Shown here piece after piece: positions 1 through 12,350 of a stretch of DNA of 58,886 nucleotides. The translations under genes and the position numbers were made by a program. Position 1 is the stretch's first letter, and each line of letters starts with the position of its first letter. Source of the stretch: an uncultured Candidatus Saccharibacteria bacterium (GTDB taxonomy: Bacteria; Patescibacteriota; Minisyncoccia; Phycocordibacterales; UBA5272); assembly GCA_964635125.1 (NCBI GenBank), contig CAZWMQ010000001.1, positions 150,386-209,271 of the forward strand, written 5' to 3'. Below the pieces are notes generated by a model. That model had not been told where the DNA came from and did not search any database. It saw only the letters and a program-made list of their open reading frames with translations.

Positions 1-604
1 GAATTATATTGATATACAGAATAATTCTAATTATGATTTATATTTATCTAATTTCTATTTAAGAATTGACGGTAAAGATTATAAATTACCAGAAGATTTA
101 TTATTAGCTAAAGATAAAATGACTCATTTATCAGGAGAGGCGATTGGGTTTAAATTGCCAGCGAAAAGTGTTAGTCTACTTTATCCAGATAAAACTATAT
201 TAAGAAATTTTGATTTCAACCAAGAATTTAATATTAATAATAGTAGCTCAACTCAAGGAATAAGCACGAATACAGTAAGTTTAATTAACTCTAGCAGATC
301 AGAAAATATATCTAATGTTAGTAAAAGTTTAAATAATTTAGAGAATTCTAAAGACGTCAAGATAATAGTTAGAGGAGAGAGAGGTCTGAAAAAAGATATT
401 TCTAAGGATAATTTAACAAAATCAATTAATTTAATTATTAAAAGACTTATTTTAGATAAAGATAATATAAAATTTTCTAAAATCAATGATCTAGATAAAA
501 TTAGCCAACAAAATTCAAAAGTTAAAGAAATAGACGAAAGGGGTGAAAATTATGGAAAAGTGGATACTGGAATCATAAAATGGTTTAAAAATCTGTTATA
601 CTAA
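1..604 (+). CDS. 5'-truncated hypothetical protein, possibly with a lamin-tail-like domain
   Basis: Frame of ORF 119..604 stays open back to position 2 (NYIDIQNNSNYDLYLSNFYL...), resembling LTD motifs; TAA stop at 602-604. Confidence 0.55.
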   Translation, partial: NYIDIQNNSNYDLYLSNFYLRIDGKDYKLPEDLLLAKDKMTHLSGEAIGFKLPAKSVSLLYPDKTILRNFDFNQEFNINNSSSTQGISTNTVSLINSSRSENISNVSKSLNNLENSKDVKIIVRGERGLKKDISKDNLTKSINLIIKRLILDKDNIKFSKINDLDKISQQNSKVKEIDERGENYGKVDTGIIKWFKNLLY

Positions 605-621
605 TAGGATAAAAGATTTAT

Positions 622-2145
622 ATGCTTATTAAGAAAATATTTTTAAATCTTTTCATTTTTTCGATATTGATCGGTGGTTTTGTTTATGTATATTTTAGAT
701 TTGACAATACAGCATCAGCGACTACTTTAATATTTTGTATTAAAAATGATTATACTACTTATATAACTTTAGACTCAGATCAAACTTGCCCAGATGGATA
801 TTTTTTAGCCCCGGCTGATTTTAATCTAAATTTATTGACTCAAGCCACATCTTCTTTAACTTTAGATGACATTTATAATTCTGCTTCTTCAACTAATTCT
901 ACCTCAACCAATCAAAACAATTCCTATAATAATGCCACTGGTACAAACGGCAATACTAATAATAGTGGAGGATTTTATGATCAAGATGGGGTATTTCATC
1001 CGAACCCAGATGTAACTTATCCAGATTTGAATCTCGACGGCTCTGATTCTAATAGTAATCAAGATTATAATAGTTCAGGAACTTATTATCAAAATGGAGT
1101 AGCCGGCTATTATGATCAATATGGGAATTTTCATCCATATGGAGATAATACAAATGATAGCAGTGGTAATTATAATAGTCCTGATTATAATAATGGAAAT
1201 TATAATTCTAATAATATTTATAATCAAATTCTTCCTCAAAGTAGTGATATTTTTGCGGTTAATCCCAATCCTATAATTCAGCCAGATCCAACTTTAGAGC
1301 ATGGTCCATTTGAGATGTTAGATCCTAGAGATTATAAATATTGTGTTCTTTTAAAAAATAATATGACAGTCGGTATGAATGATAGCAATACCGGTAGAGA
1401 AGTATCAGCTTTACAAAGTTATTTATATGATAGAGGATTTTTAAATATCCCACCGACTGGAACTTATGATCAATATACGACTTTAGCTGTTAAGAGATTC
1501 CAGTATTTAAATCAGATTGAAGTATCTGGAATTGTTAAAGCTGATACGAGAGAGATTTTAAAAGAATTAACTTGTACTCAGTATCCAGTTATTACATATA
1601 AAACTAAACCAATCTCCCCAGCTCCAATCGTAAATAAAGTAATTACTACGAATAAGACTACTACAGTTACAACTATTACCCCTAAACCCAAACCTAAACC
1701 AACACCAAAACCGATTTCAACATCAGATGTAGAAACTGAGGATAATAATCAAGACAACACTACTGTGATTATTCCAGATACAAATTCAAATATAAACAAT
1801 ATTAGTACAAACACAGAGGCAGACAATACGATTTCCCCAATAGAAGGTAATATGTATTTATCAAAAGGTAATAATTTATATTTTACTTATACTACTAAAT
1901 CCAATAACCCGTATATTTGTTTAGCTTTGAATAATACAGATTGTACTGATTCTAATAATTATAATCCTTTGGTTGAAGGGATAAGTAATGGTTTCTACGA
2001 AGCTATTGATTTTGGTAATCTTTGGAGTTTTAATTTGTATAATAGTTTGTCTTGGGGTTCGGTTGGAGACAAAGTTAGAGTTTATTTAAAAGATACTCAG
2101 AGTACAGATCAAGCTTCTATATATATTATTAATATTTTAAATTAA
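622..2145 (+). CDS. Secreted/membrane protein with peptidoglycan-binding domain and N/D/Y-rich linker
   Basis: N-terminal TM; PG_binding_1-like segment MTVGMND...EVSALQSYLYDRGFL...GTYDQYTTLAVKRFQ...SGIV. Confidence 0.75.
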   Translation: MLIKKIFLNLFIFSILIGGFVYVYFRFDNTASATTLIFCIKNDYTTYITLDSDQTCPDGYFLAPADFNLNLLTQATSSLTLDDIYNSASSTNSTSTNQNNSYNNATGTNGNTNNSGGFYDQDGVFHPNPDVTYPDLNLDGSDSNSNQDYNSSGTYYQNGVAGYYDQYGNFHPYGDNTNDSSGNYNSPDYNNGNYNSNNIYNQILPQSSDIFAVNPNPIIQPDPTLEHGPFEMLDPRDYKYCVLLKNNMTVGMNDSNTGREVSALQSYLYDRGFLNIPPTGTYDQYTTLAVKRFQYLNQIEVSGIVKADTREILKELTCTQYPVITYKTKPISPAPIVNKVITTNKTTTVTTITPKPKPKPTPKPISTSDVETEDNNQDNTTVIIPDTNSNINNISTNTEADNTISPIEGNMYLSKGNNLYFTYTTKSNNPYICLALNNTDCTDSNNYNPLVEGISNGFYEAIDFGNLWSFNLYNSLSWGSVGDKVRVYLKDTQSTDQASIYIINILN

Positions 2146-2244
2146 AAAATAACATCTTTTTAAAATATGTGAAGTGTAATCACTTATTTAATTATGTTAT
2201 AATCTATCTCATTAGTAAGTTAATATTAAAAAATAAAATTAAAT

Positions 2245-4680
2245 ATGCAGATGAATAAAAATAAGATTCTTAGATTAGTATTGTATGTCTGTTTAGCTGT
2301 AATACCATTTTTAGCTTTTTATGTTTCTGGATTTGGTATCGGAGCTAATTGGAATGCTATGTTTTTTCCATATATTACAGGTAAGAATTTTGCTTTTAGG
2401 ATTTTTGTAGAGATTGCTTTGGCTTGCTGGTTAATGTTAATGGTAGTTGATAAAAGTTTTCGGCCAAAGAAAAGTTTATTATTAACATTATATTCAATTT
2501 TTGTTTTTGTTTTATTGTTAGCTGATATTTTCTCTGTAAATCCAGTCAGATCTTTCTTTTCTAATTTTGAAAGAATGGAAGGGTTTATCGCCCATATTCA
2601 CCTGTATGCTTATTTTTTAATTCTAATAACCTTGTTCAAGGATAAAGCTTCTTGGGTTAAGTATAAGACTATACTTTTTATTTCTAATATTCCCGTAATT
2701 CTTTTAGCTTTATTACAATTATTAGGATTATCTGTTTTTTGGCCAATGAAATTTTTACCAGCACTTCGCGATGCTATTCATAAGTATTTTGCTCCAACTC
2801 AAGGGGGGAATCAATTGGATTCTAGTCTAGGAAATTCAACTTATTTAGCAATTTATACTATATTTTTCATTTTCTTATTATTAATTACTTATTTAGAAAA
2901 TCGCAAGAAAGAAAATGTTAAAAATTGACCTTATATTGTAATGTTAATTCTCAACTTAATTGTATTATTTTATACACAAACTAGAGGAGCTCAAGTTGGT
3001 TTTGCAATCGGAATATTTGCTACTTCAATTATAATTTATTTTGGAGGCAGAAAATTTAAAGAACTTAAAAATAAAAGGAAAATTTCTTTAGCTATTATCG
3101 TATTTGTTCTAATTAGCTATTTTAGTCTGATTATTTTCTCACATACTAATGTGGTTGCAAAATCTTCTACTTTGAACAGATTATCAAAAGTGGCTAGTTT
3201 TGCTGATCCAATATCTTTGCCTAAAAAAATATCTAAACTAACTTCTGAATTATATAATCCAAATTCTACTTATCAAGACCTTTTAGCTGTATCCGGAGAT
3301 GGAACTTTTACTTCTCGTATATTGAATATAAAAATGTCTTTAGATGGGTTTAAAGCTAGGCCAATTTTAGGGTGGGGTCAAGACAATTATTTTTATGTAT
3401 TTTCTAAATATAATGACCCAAGAATGTATGCTCAAGAGCCGTGATTCGATAGATCTCATAATGTGTTTATGGATTGGTTAATTGCGGCTGGAATTGTAGG
3501 GTTATTAGCCTATTTATCTTTATATGTAGGATCATTTTATATTATGTGGCATAAGAGATTTAAAAAAGATAATTACGACAATAGAGAATTTACGGAAAAG
3601 GCCTTACTTTCTGGATTATTAATTGCTTATTTTGTTCATAATATATTTGTCTTTGATAATATTATTTCTTATATATTGTTCTTTATAGTTTTAGCTTATA
3701 TTAGTGTTAGATTCAGTAAAGAAAAAACTCCAAAAGATCTTAAAGATTTAACTAATGAGCAAATAAAAAATAGGAAAATATTATACGGGCCAGTTATTTT
3801 GGTAGGATTAGTTTTATCTTTGTATTTCTTCAATGTTAAATATATGAAAGCAAATAAAGACATTATTAAAGGGTTGGTCCCAAATATGCAAAATCCGAGC
3901 GGACCATTAGCGGCTTTGAATGATAGTTTGGATGCTTTTAAGAGAGCAATTGCTATTGGGGGTATTGCTAAGATGGAAAGTAAAGAACAATTAGCCCAGA
4001 GTACTTTAAATTTAATTAATCAAGTTAAATCGGCTAATATATCCCTAACTGAAGAAAATAAGCCTGTGTATGATTTAATAAATAATTATATTAATACCAC
4101 TGAACAAGCTTATTCAGATGTGTTAAGTCAAAGAGTAATCCCAAGAAGTGTGGCAATTTATGCTTCCTTCTTACTAGGGATAGGGGATAGCAAAGATGCT
4201 TTGGCTTATGGTCAATTAGCACACGACTCATCACCCCATAAGCAATCAATTACTTTGACTTATATTCAATCTTTATTGGCGAATAGTAACTATACTAAAG
4301 CTGAAGAGATAGCCCAACAAATGTATAATGATGATGAGAGCTATGATGAAGCTAAGTCTATTTTAGCTTTGACCGAAGTTTATAATAAAGAATTTGATAA
4401 AGCCGAAAATCTTTTGACTAATAAAGACGGATCAGTTTCAATTGATCAAGATATAATGCAGGTGTATTTAAATTATAGTGAAGCTAATAGATTAGCTAAT
4501 ATTTTGAAGAAAAACATATCTATAAATAATCAAGACTCTAATTCAACTTTATTATTAGCGAACGTTTATTTAGTTTTAGGACAAAAGGCTAAGTCCATTC
4601 AGACTTTAGAAGATCTTAAAAAATTATTACCAGAGAAAAGCTCATTAATTGATGATTATATTAAAAAGATTCAAGCTTAA
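2245..4680 (+). CDS. O-antigen ligase (Wzy_C) family polytopic membrane protein with C-terminal TPR-like region, 811 aa
   Basis: Three track ORFs in one frame, joined through TGA at 2926-28 and 3442-44; motifs LGNSTYLA, TQTRGA, PILGWGQDNY, QEP(W)FDRSHN. Confidence 0.85.
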
Positions 4681-4727
4681 ATTTTTTTAATAGTATCATT
4701 TTAAAAACTTTATTTTTAAATTTTATA

Positions 4728-5930
4728 TTATAAATCTTCTAGATTATAATTACTATTAGCTTTTATATTTTCAATTTCTACTGGTTTTTGTTTATTTAAT
4801 ATTTTAAGTATCCCAGCAACTCCAATCATAAAGGCATTATCACCAGTTAAGAATTTTTCAGGAATAAATAATTCTAAATTCTCTTGTTTAGCTAGAAATT
4901 GAAAACTTCTTCTTAAGAAAGTGTTAGCGATAACCCCCCCACCAATTAGAAGACTTCTGGAATTGGTTTCTTTAATTGCTTTTTTTATTTTTTTTATAAG
5001 TATTTCATCTACAGCACTTTCAAAATCTAAGGCAATAATTTTTTGGATTTCAGTTTCATTTATATTTTCTTCTTTTAACTTTTGTATTTTATGAATTACA
5101 GCTGTTTTTAAGCCAGAAAAAGAAAAATTAAGATTATCAGAATGGAGCATTGGCCGAGGAAGTTGATCAGATTTTTCGATAATTCTATCCACTTGTCTTT
5201 CCGCTTCAGCAATTTTAGAGATTTCTGGTCCACCTGGATAGGGGAGGTTAAGACTTCTAGCAACTTTATCAAAGGCTTCACCAACTGCATCATCTATAGT
5301 TTTCCCAATTTTTCTATATTTATTTAATTCTTGAAAGGATATTATTTCGGTATGTCCTCCAGAAATTAATAAAGCAAGTGCTGGGGAAGAGAAGATTTTT
5401 AATTTGTAATCATTATTTTCTAATGGCTCAACTAGACTACTAACAATATGACCTTCCATATGATTGATTGGGTAAATTGGTATATCTCAGAGAATGCTTA
5501 TTGCTTTAGCAAAATTAATTCCGACTCAAAGAGCTGGAGCAAGCCCTGGTCCCATGGTTACAGCAATAGCTTCTAAATCCGGTTTTTCAATTTTTTCAAG
5601 ATTATGAATTAATTCTTCAAACATTTCCAGTTCTCTTTCTAATAAAATTTTAACTTTATTAACTTTTTCTTTTTCAAAGTTATTTTCTGTTTCTTTATAC
5701 AAATTAGTTTCTTTTAAACATTCTATAAAGATTTTTACAATATTTTTAGCATGCTCTCGTTTAGCTAACATTGGAAATACTCCTCCAAACTCACGATGAA
5801 TATTAATCTGAGATAAGACATGATTTGTTAATACTTTAAACTTTATATTTTTAATATCTTGTTGAGATGAAAAATCAAAAATAGTTAAAGCAGTCTCATC
5901 ACAGCTAGTCTCAATAGATAGTAATTTCAT
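4728..5930 (-). CDS. tsaD: tRNA N6-threonylcarbamoyltransferase TsaD
   Basis: IETSCDET, GPGLAPAL(W)VG, NHMEGH, SGGHT, DDAVGEAFDK, GDNAFMI; TGA at 5526-28 and 5487-89 read as Trp. Confidence 0.95.
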
Positions 5931-5988
5931 ATTTTCTTGATTATACTCTTAATCAAAGGTTTTGAAAAGTTTTTGTTATAATTAAAAT

Positions 5989-6462
5989 ATGAGATTAGAA
6001 ATTATAAGTGTTGGTAAGAAACACGATAAAAATTTAGAAAATTACCTTTTAGAATTTGAGAAAAGGATTAAAATAGAATTTGATTTAATTTGGACAGTAA
6101 TTTCAAGTGTTGATGATAAAAGTAAAGAGGTTCAAATTAAAAAAGAATTTGAAAAGATAATTAATATTCTAGAGAAAGAGAAGGGGGATAATTTTATTAT
6201 TTTACTTGATGAAAACGGGAAGCAAAAAACCACGATAGAGTTAAGTGAATTATTTATGGAGAAAATGAATCAAGGAGTTGAGAATATTATTTTTATAATT
6301 GGTGGAGCTTATGGAGTTAGTGAGGAAGTAAAGAGCAGAGCTAATTTTATTTGATCACTTTCAAAATTAATTTTCCCTCATCAATTAGTTAGAGTTATTT
6401 TAGTAGAGCAGATTTATAGAGTAATTTCTATAATTAAAGGTGGCAAGTATCATCACGAGTAA
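5989..6462 (+). CDS. rlmH: 23S rRNA pseudouridine-1915 methyltransferase RlmH
   Basis: [15 protein letters not shown], then (W)[22 protein letters not shown]...KYHHE after TGA 6352-54; TAA at 6460-62. Confidence 0.95.
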
Positions 6463-6583
6463 TTAAGTCGTAAGTGTAGCAAGAAGTTATATATAATTTG
6501 ACTATTATATAATATTATGTTATTTTATAGTTGTTAAAATTATTGTTCATTTTAAAAATTTATAGAAATTGGAAAAGTTAAAT

Positions 6584-7138
6584 ATGATAGTTTATGCTTG
6601 TGATTTCCATTTAGGAAAAGCTGGTATTGAAACTAAAGTAAGAATTGGGACAGCATTAGATCTAATGTTAAAGAGAAGAATGTCTTATTATGATCTATTC
6701 TTAGGAGCTGGAAATTTTAAGGAAGATAGCCGATCCTGGTCAGCCAAGAAGATCATGTATTCTGCTTTTAAGAGTATGCTCTTAGAAACAGGAGCAATCT
6801 CAAAAAATAGAAGTGTAGATGTTAATACAAAAACTTTCATTTTAAGAAATAGAAGTGTATTACACATCCACTTAGCTAAAAGAAAAGCTTGGGGAAGCTT
6901 TGAGGAGACTAATGCTTGTATTGAGGAAATGAAGGATTTAAGTCTTTATAACAATAGTCTTTATGTTGTTTCCTCAGACTATCATATTAAAAGACTAAAA
7001 TTTATTTATAAGTTTATGCCTATAAAAAAGGTAGAGTTTATTCCAGTTAGGTTTAATCAATCTAATAAGGATAAATTTTTAGAACCTTTAAGATATGCTA
7101 AGGCTTTGAAGCAAGGTCTTACAAAGACTTTTTTTTAG
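6584..7138 (+). CDS. YdcF/DUF218-like hypothetical protein
   Basis: Weak family motif YVVSSDYHIKRLKFIY preceded by SFEETNA; ATG at 6584 (track uses TTG 6569). Confidence 0.45.
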   Translation: MIVYACDFHLGKAGIETKVRIGTALDLMLKRRMSYYDLFLGAGNFKEDSRSWSAKKIMYSAFKSMLLETGAISKNRSVDVNTKTFILRNRSVLHIHLAKRKAWGSFEETNACIEEMKDLSLYNNSLYVVSSDYHIKRLKFIYKFMPIKKVEFIPVRFNQSNKDKFLEPLRYAKALKQGLTKTFF

Positions 7139-7163
7139 TCTTAGTCTTTTAAAAAAAAAATTT

Positions 7164-7192
7164 AAAGCGGTTATGGTATAATCGCTTTTTTT
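7164..7192. terminator. Hairpin terminator between convergent units
   Basis: AAAGCG...CGCTTT stem followed by a T-run. Confidence 0.5.
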
Positions 7193-7276
7193 TTCTTAAG
7201 CTGTATTTTCCCGTGGCTTGCTACTCTTTACTTGCCACTTGTATGCCACTTTCACTAAGTTTCAGTGAACCGAAGG

Positions 7277-7349
7277 TGGACGATAGAGGATTCGAACCTC
7301 TGACATCTACAACGTCAATGTAGCGCTCTACCAACTGAGCTAATCGTCC
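7277..7349 (-). tRNA. tRNA-Val(GAC), CCA not fully encoded
   Basis: Cloverleaf: GGACGAT/ATCGTCC acceptor, CTACA-TTGACGT-TGTAG anticodon arm, GGTTCGAATCC T-arm. Confidence 0.95.
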
Positions 7350-7511
7350 AATTTAGAAAATTATAACACAAAGTACTTATTTTTTGAATTAGTTTTTTAA
7401 TAAAATTCTTTAAAATAAAGTTAATTTACATATATACTTTTGAATCATTTTGTGATAAAATATGTTTATTAATTAGCTATTATTACCAATTAATTAAAGA
7501 GGCTATTATTT

Positions 7512-10232
7512 TTGTCTCAAAATATAATTATAGAAAATATAGAAACGAAGATTATGACATTTTTTCAAAAAGTATTTCCATCTCAAGATCAGAAATTAAT
7601 TAAAAAGCTTAAACCAGTAGTGGATAAGGTTTTATCTTTAGAGAATGAATTGAAAACATTAGATGATTTAGAATTAAAAAAGAAAAGTTTAGAGTTGAAA
7701 AATAAGATTCAAGTAGAAATTAAGATCGAGACTGAACTTCTAATAGCAAAAAAACTTTCGGAAATTGATTATAGAAATGAAGATAAGAAAGTAGTTCAAG
7801 ATATTTTAGATAATAATTTAGTCTTAGCTTTCGCTTTAGTCAGAGAAGCTTCCCGCAGAAATCTTGGCATTATGCATTATCCGGTCCAAATTATTGGTGG
7901 AATAGTTATGCATCGCGGGGGAATTGCCGAGATGAGAACTGGAGAAGGTAAGACTTTAGTAGCAACCCTAGCTGCTTATTTAAATGCTCTATCAGGACGA
8001 GGAGTTCATATTGTGACCGTAAATGATTATCTTTCTAAGCGTGATGCAGTTTGGATGGGGCTAATTTATGATGCGCTCGGATTATCAGTTTCTGTTTTAA
8101 ACCATCAAGTTTCGTATGTTTTCGACAGGGAACAAGTTAAGAGATTGGGGGAATATGAAAATAAATTAGAGGAAGAAGAAGTTAAAGAAGAAGGAAGTTT
8201 CAAAGTGGAAAATGAATATCTGAGAAGTATAACTCGTAAAGATGCTTATCAAGCTGATATTACTTATGGGACTAATAATGAATTCGGATTTGATTATTTA
8301 AGAGATAATTTAGTTTATAATGCACAGGAATTAGTACAGAGAGAGCATTATTTTGCGATTGTGGACGAAGTAGATTCAATCTTAATTGATGAGTCACGAA
8401 CTCCGTTAATTATTTCTTCCGAAGCCAAAGAGAGTGATGAACTTTATAAAAGATTTGCTAGATTTGCTAATAAATTGATTGAAGATGAAGATTATACAAA
8501 AGATGAAAAGCAAAGAGCTATCTCTTTGAAAGAATCTGGGATTGAAAAAGCTGAGAAAGAATTTAATATGGGAAATTTTTATTCTGCTGAGAATGTTAAA
8601 TTAGTCCATCATCTAGAAACGGCAGTTAAGGCAAAAGCCTTATTTCTTAAAGAGAAACAATATGTTGTTAGAGATATGCCACAAGATACTGGTGGAGTTA
8701 GGAAAGAAGTAGTAATTGTAGATGAATTTACTGGAAGAATGCAACCAGGTCGAAGATGGAGCGATGGATTACATCAAGCCATTGAAGCTAAAGAAATTGT
8801 TCCAATTCAGAAAGAATCTAAGACCGTAGCTAGCATAACCTTTCAGAATTATTTTAGATTTTATGCTAAGTTAGCTGGGATGTCAGGAACTGCTAAGACT
8901 TCGGAGGAAGAATTTTTTAAAGTTTATAATTTACCAGTTACAGCAATTCCAACTAATGTTGAAGTAGAAAGAATTGATAAACAAGATCTAATTTATCAGA
9001 CTGAGAAAGGTAAATTACAAGCTTTAGCTAAACAGATCAAAGAATTGTATGAAAAGGGTCAGCCAGTATTAATCGGAACAATATCAATTGAGAAGAATGA
9101 ATTAGTTTCCAAATACTTAACTCGTGAAAATGTCCCACATTCAATCTTAAATGCTAAGAACCATGAAAGAGAAGGAGAAATTATTGCTAATGCCGGAAGA
9201 AAGGGAGCAGTAACAATTGCAACTAATATGGCAGGAAGAGGGGTGGATATTAAATTAGGTGGAATTGAGGCAACTACAGCTGAGCGAGAAGAGATTAACA
9301 ATCTTGGTGGTTTATATGTAATTGGTACAGAGAGACATGAGGCTCGTCGAATTGATAATCAGTTAAGAGGTCGATCTGGTCGACAAGGAGATAACGGCTC
9401 AACACAATTTTTGGTATCACTTGAAGATGATTTAATGAGAGTATTCGGTGGTTCTTCTGTGAAAAATATGATGAATAGATTTAAGATTCCAGAAGATATG
9501 CCGATTAAGTCAAAGATTGTTTCAAATGTTCTGGAAGGGGCTCAAGAGAAAATTGAAGGCTTTCATTTCGATTCCCGGAAGCATACTTTACAATATGATG
9601 ATGTTTTAAATCATCAAAGGCAACATATTTATGAGAGAAGAAGAAAAGTTTTAACTTTCAATCGTGAAGAGATTAATAAGATTTTATCTGAGATTTACGA
9701 AGTTAAACCAGAAGTAGAAGAGTTTATAAAAGAAAGAATTGCTAAATATAGCGAAAATGTAGTTTATGATTTATTAAGAACTATTTATTTACAGATTATT
9801 GATCAACATTTTATGGCTCACCTTGAGCATATGGATCATATTCGGCAATCTGTAAATTTAAGAGCTTATGGACAAAGAGATCCATTAGTAGAGTATAAGA
9901 AAGAAGCCTTATTAACTTATAGGGCGATGTTAGATAAGATGAAAGAAGAGTTTTATAATTTTATAACTCATCTTGATGATTTATTAGCTTCAATTGAGTC
10001 ACAAAGAATCTTGGCAGAATCTCAAAAAAAGAATCAAGTTTTTAATAATGTAAAAACTAACGAAGGTAAGGACGGGGATTTAGTTGAAATTTCTAGTATT
10101 TCTAATAATTCTAATAAAAACAATTTAAATAATGATAAAAAGAAGATCTCTAGAAACGATCTCTGCCCATGCGGTCGGGGCAAGAAAGTAAAGAAATGTG
10201 ATTGTAGCGAGTATGCATATTTGCGAAAGTAA
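7512..10232 (+). CDS. secA: Preprotein translocase SecA (start possibly ATG 7554)
   Basis: EMRTGEGKT, VDEVDSILIDE, ATNMAGRG, NQLRGRSGRQGD, C-terminal SEC-C motif CPCG..KKC. Confidence 0.98.
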   Translation: MSQNIIIENIETKIMTFFQKVFPSQDQKLIKKLKPVVDKVLSLENELKTLDDLELKKKSLELKNKIQVEIKIETELLIAKKLSEIDYRNEDKKVVQDILDNNLVLAFALVREASRRNLGIMHYPVQIIGGIVMHRGGIAEMRTGEGKTLVATLAAYLNALSGRGVHIVTVNDYLSKRDAVWMGLIYDALGLSVSVLNHQVSYVFDREQVKRLGEYENKLEEEEVKEEGSFKVENEYLRSITRKDAYQADITYGTNNEFGFDYLRDNLVYNAQELVQREHYFAIVDEVDSILIDESRTPLIISSEAKESDELYKRFARFANKLIEDEDYTKDEKQRAISLKESGIEKAEKEFNMGNFYSAENVKLVHHLETAVKAKALFLKEKQYVVRDMPQDTGGVRKEVVIVDEFTGRMQPGRRWSDGLHQAIEAKEIVPIQKESKTVASITFQNYFRFYAKLAGMSGTAKTSEEEFFKVYNLPVTAIPTNVEVERIDKQDLIYQTEKGKLQALAKQIKELYEKGQPVLIGTISIEKNELVSKYLTRENVPHSILNAKNHEREGEIIANAGRKGAVTIATNMAGRGVDIKLGGIEATTAEREEINNLGGLYVIGTERHEARRIDNQLRGRSGRQGDNGSTQFLVSLEDDLMRVFGGSSVKNMMNRFKIPEDMPIKSKIVSNVLEGAQEKIEGFHFDSRKHTLQYDDVLNHQRQHIYERRRKVLTFNREEINKILSEIYEVKPEVEEFIKERIAKYSENVVYDLLRTIYLQIIDQHFMAHLEHMDHIRQSVNLRAYGQRDPLVEYKKEALLTYRAMLDKMKEEFYNFITHLDDLLASIESQRILAESQKKNQVFNNVKTNEGKDGDLVEISSISNNSNKNNLNNDKKKISRNDLCPCGRGKKVKKCDCSEYAYLRK

Positions 10233-10285
10233 TTTTTAATTTTAAATTTGTTAGAATATATTTATAAAGTTTAAAAAATAAAAAA

Positions 10286-11671
10286 ATGAAAGAACTTTTT
10301 AAAAAAATAATACTTAAAATCTTAACTTGGGAAGCTAGAGTTATAATTAAAAGGTCTAAGCCGACTATTATTGCTGTAACTGGCAATTTAGGTAAGACTT
10401 CGACTAAGGATTTTATTTATGCAGCTTTAGCTAAGAATTTAAAAACTGAATTAGGAGAAGAATTAGTTTTAGCTTCGAAAAAAAGCATGAATAGTGAATT
10501 CGGGGTTCCGCTCACAATTCTCGAAATGCAAACTGCCTGGAATAATCCAATTGAGTGGTTAAAGATTATTTTCCGTGGATTTATTAAGGTTTTAGATAGA
10601 TATCATTATAAATATCTTGTTCTAGAAATTGGAGCCGATGCTCCAGATGATATTAAGAAGATTACGGAATATATTAAGCCAGATATTGCAGTTTTAACGG
10701 CTTTCGCGGAAGTCCCAGTACATATTGAATTTTTTAATAATGATAGGAATAGATTAATTAGAGAAAAGAAATATTTATTTGAAGCCTTGAAAGATGGTGG
10801 GACTTTTATTTATAACTATGATGATAAAGATTGTCAGAATATCGTAAATGATTTTAAAGATAAAAATATAATTTTGAAATCTTTCTCCCTTAAAAACCCT
10901 AAAGCCAATATTTATTTAAAAAATCATGAAGTAAATATTAAAGTTGAGAATAGATTTATTAATAAATTAATTGGAACAAAAGGTGAGGTAGCTATAGAAA
11001 ATGAAACTTATCCAATTATTTTGGATCAAGTCTTAGGTGAAGCGATATATTACAATCTAATGCCAGCACTATTAGTAGCCCAATCTTTAAAGGTTGATAT
11101 TAGTAAAGCTATTAGAGATATTGAAAGCTCTAAACGGACTAAAGGTCGTATGCATATTTTAGAAGGAATTTATAAAACTAATCTTATTGATGATACTTAT
11201 AATGCCTCACCAAAAGCACTTGAGAATGGTATTTCTTTAATTAAGAATTTAAAGATTAAAGGTAAGAAAATATTTATTTTAGGAGATATGTTAGAGTTGG
11301 GGGATTATACGAGATCTGAACATGAAAGGATTGGTGAATTAGTTGTTGGAGTGGCTGACATTTTAATTACTTCTGGAATAAGAGCTAAGATTATAGGGGA
11401 ATCAGCGATTAAAAATGGTATGAATGGAGAAAATGTTTATATAACTGATAACAGTATTGAAGCGGGCAAAGAAACTTTAAGAATAATCGAGCGAAAGATT
11501 GAAGAAGATTATAAAGAAGGTAAAAGTGAAAGTGAAGTCGGAGGAGATTTAATATTTGTGAAAGGTTCTCAAGGAGCTAGAATGGAGAAAGTGGTTAAAA
11601 TGATCTTAGCTAAGAATCATCAACCGGAAGATCACCTAGTTAGACAAGAGAAAGATTGAGAGAATAGGTAA
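10286..11671 (+). CDS. murF: UDP-MurNAc-tripeptide--D-Ala-D-Ala ligase MurF
   Basis: AVTGNLGKTSTK, DDTYNASP, LGDMLELG, VKGSQG; TGA 11657-59 read through (EKD(W)ENR) to TAA 11669-71. Confidence 0.9.
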
Positions 11672-11730
11672 AGGCTAATTTTAATTTAGGAGTATAATAT
11701 TAGCATTATTAATTATAATAATATAAAAAT

Positions 11731-12138
11731 ATGGAAGATAAAATATATAAAGTCAATAAAACTACAAAATTAGGTTTAATACTTTTAATGATACAATTTG
11801 TTTTAGGTTCAGTTGTTGGATTATGACATAAAGCTCCAAGCGAAGGTCCATCCCCAGCTTTGGCTAATTTAGCTTTTAATCTACATATAGCTGTAGCCAT
11901 CTTATTATTAATTGTAAGCATTATCTTAGTCGTTAGAGCTAGTAAGGTTAATAACCAGAAAGCCAAATCTTTTGCTTTAAGGGGATTGATTAGTGTAATT
12001 TTAGCAATAATAGGAGCAAGTTTTATATTCTGGTTTCAGCAAGGAGCGGTTTGAGGATTATTTATAATGGCAATTGGATTTCTTGGAGCAGTCGCGAATT
12101 ATGTAAAGGAATATATTGTAATTAATAGGATGAGATAG
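11731..12138 (+). CDS. Four-TM hypothetical membrane protein, 135 aa
   Basis: ATG 11731, TGA at 11824-26 and 12052-54 read through, TAG 12136-38; four hydrophobic helices. Confidence 0.7.
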
Positions 12139-12182
12139 TTATTAAACTATCAAAAAAGCTTGACCTCTTCTACATTATTTTA

Positions 12183-12350
12183 GTGATCTAATCATAACCT
12201 TTGCGCGAAATTATTTCGAGAGCCACTAATCATGCCGACCAGCGCCTCGGAGTACCTCGGCGCTCCGCCCTCGCCCCGTTTCCGCCTTTCCATGCTTTTT
12301 ATTTTTCGCGGGGGGATTCTTTTTGAAATTGTATGGGGCGGAAACGGGGC
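12183..12350 (+). repeat. Arm A: 168-bp perfect inverted repeat of 16387-16554 (attL arm)
   Basis: Base-by-base reverse complement match read from the sequence. Confidence 0.95.
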
